From an uncultured Desulfobacter sp. (GTDB lineage Bacteria; Desulfobacterota; Desulfobacteria; Desulfobacterales; Desulfobacteraceae), in contig OY762069.1 of the NCBI GenBank assembly GCA_963665095.1, forward strand, positions 2,464,001-2,528,000: DNA of 64,000 nt. The letters are read 5' to 3'. Below are positions 60,599 to 64,000 of the stretch, in pieces. Positions within the stretch are counted from its first letter, which is position 1. Every line of letters begins with the position of its first letter. The notes below the pieces were generated by a model. The model did no database searches, was not told where the DNA came from, and saw only the letters and a list, made by a program, of their open reading frames with translations. The translations under genes were made by a program, and so were the position numbers.

Positions 60599-61824
60599 AT
60601 ATCCATGGTTTCCACATTGCCGGCGGCATCAATCTTTTGCACCAGCACCCCGGAAAATTCCTCATGGGTATCCTTGTGTTTTTTATCAAGGCGCATCACT
60701 TTAGTAATCAGTTCAATAAAATCCACCGGATTAACGCACCCTTCCGGTGGGAGGACTCCTTTTTCAATAATTTTTCCCTGCTGCATAAGAATTGCGCCCA
60801 TGGCCACAGGAATTCCTGTGCCCTCCCCTAAGGCCTGGCTCCGGGATGCCATGTGGAACCGGTATTCACAGTATTTCCCATCTTTTTCACCTGTTGCCAC
60901 CACAGTGCAGCAGCCGCGCTGGGAACCAAAATCAGTCTCCTTTAAAATCCGCTCCCGTTCACGGATGATATATGCCATGGCAAAATCGTAAGGAATGACG
61001 GATTGGCCGTTCACCATCACAGGCTCCCGGCTGGCAAGGCCTGCTTTGCACACATCCTTGGTCAGGGAGTAATATGCATCCGGTAGCACGGTTCCCCGGT
61101 TGGTAACCTGTTTGAGCTTAATATATTTCGGGATGGTTACCTGTTCCGGGTGGGGATAGGGATAAACCTTGATGTCATTACCCAGTGCCGGGAAATCAAA
61201 GGTCTGTCTCAGAGCCTTTCCCCCTTCTTCAAAAAATTTGACATAGGTCAGTTCACCGTCCAGAAACATGGGAATATCAATGCTCATGCAATGGAAGCGG
61301 TGACCGATCACCCCTTCGCCTTCAACGGGTTCACCGCCATGGGCGTGGAAAATGTCAACCATATGGGTTTCATCCAGTAAATGATCTGCCGCAAATTTAG
61401 CCAGAAGATTGGTGGCCCCCGGGGAACTGCCCATACCGATCAAGGCTGTAATACCAGCCTTTTTAGCCTGTTCATCCAGACTGAAAATATCCAGGGTGAC
61501 ATCCACATCGTCACACACATCCACGTAATTGATTCCGGCTGAAATCACCTGTGCCAGAATGATCTTAACAGTTTTATAAAACGGCCCGATACAGTTGACC
61601 ACAAGATCACATCCGGCAATGGCTGAGCGGATACTTTCACCATCCAATGCATCCACCCGGATAAAAGAGATATTATCTGTATTGGTTTCGGATATAATTG
61701 CTTTGGCCCGCTGTGCATTTATATCACCGATAATAATCTTTGAAAAAATATCCTGCCGGGCCAGGGTTTTGACCGCCACACTGCCCACGGCACCACAGCC
61801 ACCAAGAACCATTACATTTGCCAT
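60595..61824 (-). CDS. Saccharopine dehydrogenase-family NAD(P)-binding oxidoreductase
   Basis: VLGGCGAVG, NCIGPFY, NYVDVCDD, GMGSSPG, GVLPPE; start ATG 61824 after SD GGAGG. Confidence 0.85.
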   Translation of the reverse strand: MANVMVLGGCGAVGSVAVKTLARQDIFSKIIIGDINAQRAKAIISETNTDNISFIRVDALDGESIRSAIAGCDLVVNCIGPFYKTVKIILAQVISAGINYVDVCDDVDVTLDIFSLDEQAKKAGITALIGMGSSPGATNLLAKFAADHLLDETHMVDIFHAHGGEPVEGEGVIGHRFHCMSIDIPMFLDGELTYVKFFEEGGKALRQTFDFPALGNDIKVYPYPHPEQVTIPKYIKLKQVTNRGTVLPDAYYSLTKDVCKAGLASREPVMVNGQSVIPYDFAMAYIIRERERILKETDFGSQRGCCTVVATGEKDGKYCEYRFHMASRSQALGEGTGIPVAMGAILMQQGKIIEKGVLPPEGCVNPVDFIELITKVMRLDKKHKDTHEEFSGVLVQKIDAAGNVETMDI

Positions 61825-61981
61825 ACCCCCTCCGTCTCCCTGAAACTGGTCAGAATTTATTGAACATGTTAATTGAACACTGTTCAAACTAACTAATATC
61901 TGTGTCAGAGGAATGCAACAGGAAAAAATGACTTAAGCCCGTACGATCAGCAAAATAAAATTCTATCTGGGGATGAAAAAA

Positions 61982-63427
61982 TTATGCATTGCAATCAAGT
62001 GAATTAATGACAATATCGTTGAGCTGAGGATAGTATTGTTTCTTTTTGGCAGCTTGCTTGACAGTATCTTCCCACTGGTTAAACGAATCCACATGCCTCA
62101 GGGTGTGATCAGCATCCTTCGGGTTTCCCCTTTCGGCAATTTCACGTATGCCGGCAAGTGCCTGGCAGTCGCCGGGAAAGTACATGGGTATCACACCTTT
62201 ATCTTTTGGCATGGCATCAAATGCCTTCCGGGAGCGTCTTTCCCGCACACAGTCCTCTAAAAATTTTTCCAGACTGAAAAAATTAAGGCTCCCCAATGCC
62301 CCCATGGCGTGCCGTATAATATGCACCCCATACTTACGCAACGCATTGCGGCTCAGTTCAGAATCAAAAAGCGCCTGGGAAGTTAGATCCCCCAAAGAGG
62401 TACTGCCTCCGGTCTGTGCGGATGGAAAGCCTGTAATCCAGGTATTGACCCTGGCCAAAGCCGCGTTAATAAGGGTTTGATGGGAAGAACTGTACGCAAG
62501 ATTGCCATCGGCATCCAGGACACTGGGGATACCGCAATGTATGCAGGATATCCCCGGATTGACGGTCTGGGCAACAACCATCATAAAAATCACCTGGGCA
62601 TGGTTCTGGGTCAGGAAAGACTCCGGACTGGCAGGGCCGGATACCCCTGCAATGCTCTGGTCAATCAGTAACAGGTTATTCCCTGTGCGGGCGCTGCGTA
62701 AAAAAGGCTCAACCATGTTGTTCATGGGCGTCAGAAAGGAGATCAGGCTGGTCCCGTCAACCCAGTGAGTCTTGTCTTTCAGAAAGGAAGCCTCGCTGTC
62801 ACTCATGGTACTGGTAGTGATCATCTTAAGTCCCGGGTATTTTTTTTCCATTAACCGGGCGATCTCGAAAAGGGAAATACTTCTGTCCGGGGCCACCGGC
62901 AGACTGAAAATACCGGCAACATCAATCTGCTCTCCCACCGTGGAGACGATTTCCTCATATTCCTTGCGGTTCGCAGGTCGCAGCGATTCCTTGCCGGCCC
63001 GCTTCAGAAAAGGAGCTGTTGCACCGGTACCAAAGGTGTTCATTCCGGGATCTGCGGGGATACTGCGGGGACACTGTGCCAGACAGTGGTCGATATAACC
63101 CCGTTTCAAAGGAATAAAAAGAGCTGTTTCCTTACCAAAATCCACAGCATCGGCTTCCATTAGAAGGTTCATAAGGGGCTCATTCCCGCTGATATTTATA
63201 CCGATTTCTGTGAGCACCTGCTTTGCGTTTTCGTCAATGCGCCGGTAAACTGCCTTTTCTGCTATCAGATCATCCATGTCTTCCAACCGGCATTGGATCT
63301 TTTTCAGCACAGATGCGTCGGAGGCATGACGGAAGAGATCTTCATAAACAGCTTTGGCCTTTTCAAACTGTGCATCCTTTTCCAAGCCGATTCCTTTGGC
63401 AAAGGTTTCGCCAGCCATCTCCTCCAT
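61982..63427 (-). CDS. Trimethylamine methyltransferase (MttB)-superfamily-like protein
   Basis: AKQVLTEIGI, AGVSGPAS, AQTVNPG, HAMGALGSLNFFSLEKF resemble MttB patterns; divergent. Confidence 0.55.
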   Translation of the reverse strand: MEEMAGETFAKGIGLEKDAQFEKAKAVYEDLFRHASDASVLKKIQCRLEDMDDLIAEKAVYRRIDENAKQVLTEIGINISGNEPLMNLLMEADAVDFGKETALFIPLKRGYIDHCLAQCPRSIPADPGMNTFGTGATAPFLKRAGKESLRPANRKEYEEIVSTVGEQIDVAGIFSLPVAPDRSISLFEIARLMEKKYPGLKMITTSTMSDSEASFLKDKTHWVDGTSLISFLTPMNNMVEPFLRSARTGNNLLLIDQSIAGVSGPASPESFLTQNHAQVIFMMVVAQTVNPGISCIHCGIPSVLDADGNLAYSSSHQTLINAALARVNTWITGFPSAQTGGSTSLGDLTSQALFDSELSRNALRKYGVHIIRHAMGALGSLNFFSLEKFLEDCVRERRSRKAFDAMPKDKGVIPMYFPGDCQALAGIREIAERGNPKDADHTLRHVDSFNQWEDTVKQAAKKKQYYPQLNDIVINSLDCNA

Positions 63428-63597
63428 TGTCGATACGACATCCTTTTGGGTTTCAACCAGTTATTATAAAAGTCAAAAGTTGCAATCCACTCAGGGGCTT
63501 GCCCTGTGTATGGATGGAGCAGCAGTTGACGGCATCACATCTTGTGTCGTATCATGAATATACGTTTTTTTTCAATTACCTGTTATTAAATGTAACC

Positions 63598-64000
63598 ATG
63601 ACTGAAAAAAATTATCTTATCCAAATGTTGACAAAAAAAATAAAAGTATCCGGTTCTTTCAGAATCCTCATCCCTTTGTACGCCACATACATTCTCTTTG
63701 CCTTTAGCTTTTTTTTCATCTTTATTCCTCAACAGGAAGCACAGCTGCTGAATCAGAAAAAAGAGGTCATCCGCCAGTTGATCGATAATGCCATCAGCCT
63801 GTTATCTGAAATAAATTCAAGGGTTGAACAGGGGGATATACCCCTTGAAAAAGCCAGGGCCCAGGCAGTAAGTCAAATTCGCACCCTTAGATACGGCCCG
63901 GACGGTCAAGACTATTTCTGGATTATTGATACGCATCCATCCATGATCATGCATCCCCATCGCCCGGATCTTGAAGGCAAAGATTTAGCTTTGATTCAAG
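63598..64000 (+). CDS. Cache_2-domain membrane sensor, N-terminus (runs off the window)
   Basis: Manual translation: TM segment then ARAQAVSQIRTLRYGPDGQDYFWIIDTHPSMIMHPHRPDLEGKD. Confidence 0.85.
   Translation, partial: MTEKNYLIQMLTKKIKVSGSFRILIPLYATYILFAFSFFFIFIPQQEAQLLNQKKEVIRQLIDNAISLLSEINSRVEQGDIPLEKARAQAVSQIRTLRYGPDGQDYFWIIDTHPSMIMHPHRPDLEGKDLALIQ

Noticed and set aside
1..64000. tRNA, rRNA and CRISPR arrays
   Set aside because: None recognised by eye; a tRNAscan/Infernal/CRISPR-finder run would be needed to exclude them fully

Overview
The window looks like Desulfobacteraceae-type (deltaproteobacterial) DNA, inferred from gene content and repeat types. (1) 1-3.2 kb: the end of a DDE transposon, a phage terminase-small-subunit relic and an orphan PEP-CTERM gene. 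(2) 3.6-24.7 kb: one minus-strand, largely translationally coupled defence operon. It holds a complete type 3 BREX set (brxF, brxC, pglXI, brxHII, pglZ, brxA) headed by a small HTH gene, with three two-gene cassettes nested inside: an AlbA_2/Schlafen-HATPase + ParA-like ATPase pair bounded by a 27-bp direct repeat that duplicates the brxC stop; a large N6-adenine MTase + small PD-(D/E)XK nuclease pair; and an ABC-ATPase + TOPRIM pair resembling PARIS. This is the most interesting part. (3) 25-37 kb: RhuM-Fic pseudogene, pirin, an FrhB-like/iorAB operon, a decayed integrase island, a cold-shock gene, an IS66 remnant and a structured 411-bp MITE-like element. (4) 37-56 kb: a ugp-type ABC transporter, then an eroding acyl-CoA/isovalerate (liu-like) cluster cut by a second IS66 copy. 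(5) 56-64 kb: DeoR regulator, palindromic MITE, WD40-CsgG protein, OM barrel, FGGY kinase, saccharopine-dehydrogenase-family and MttB-like genes, and the start of a Cache-domain sensor. All calls come from motif recognition by eye; no database searches were run.
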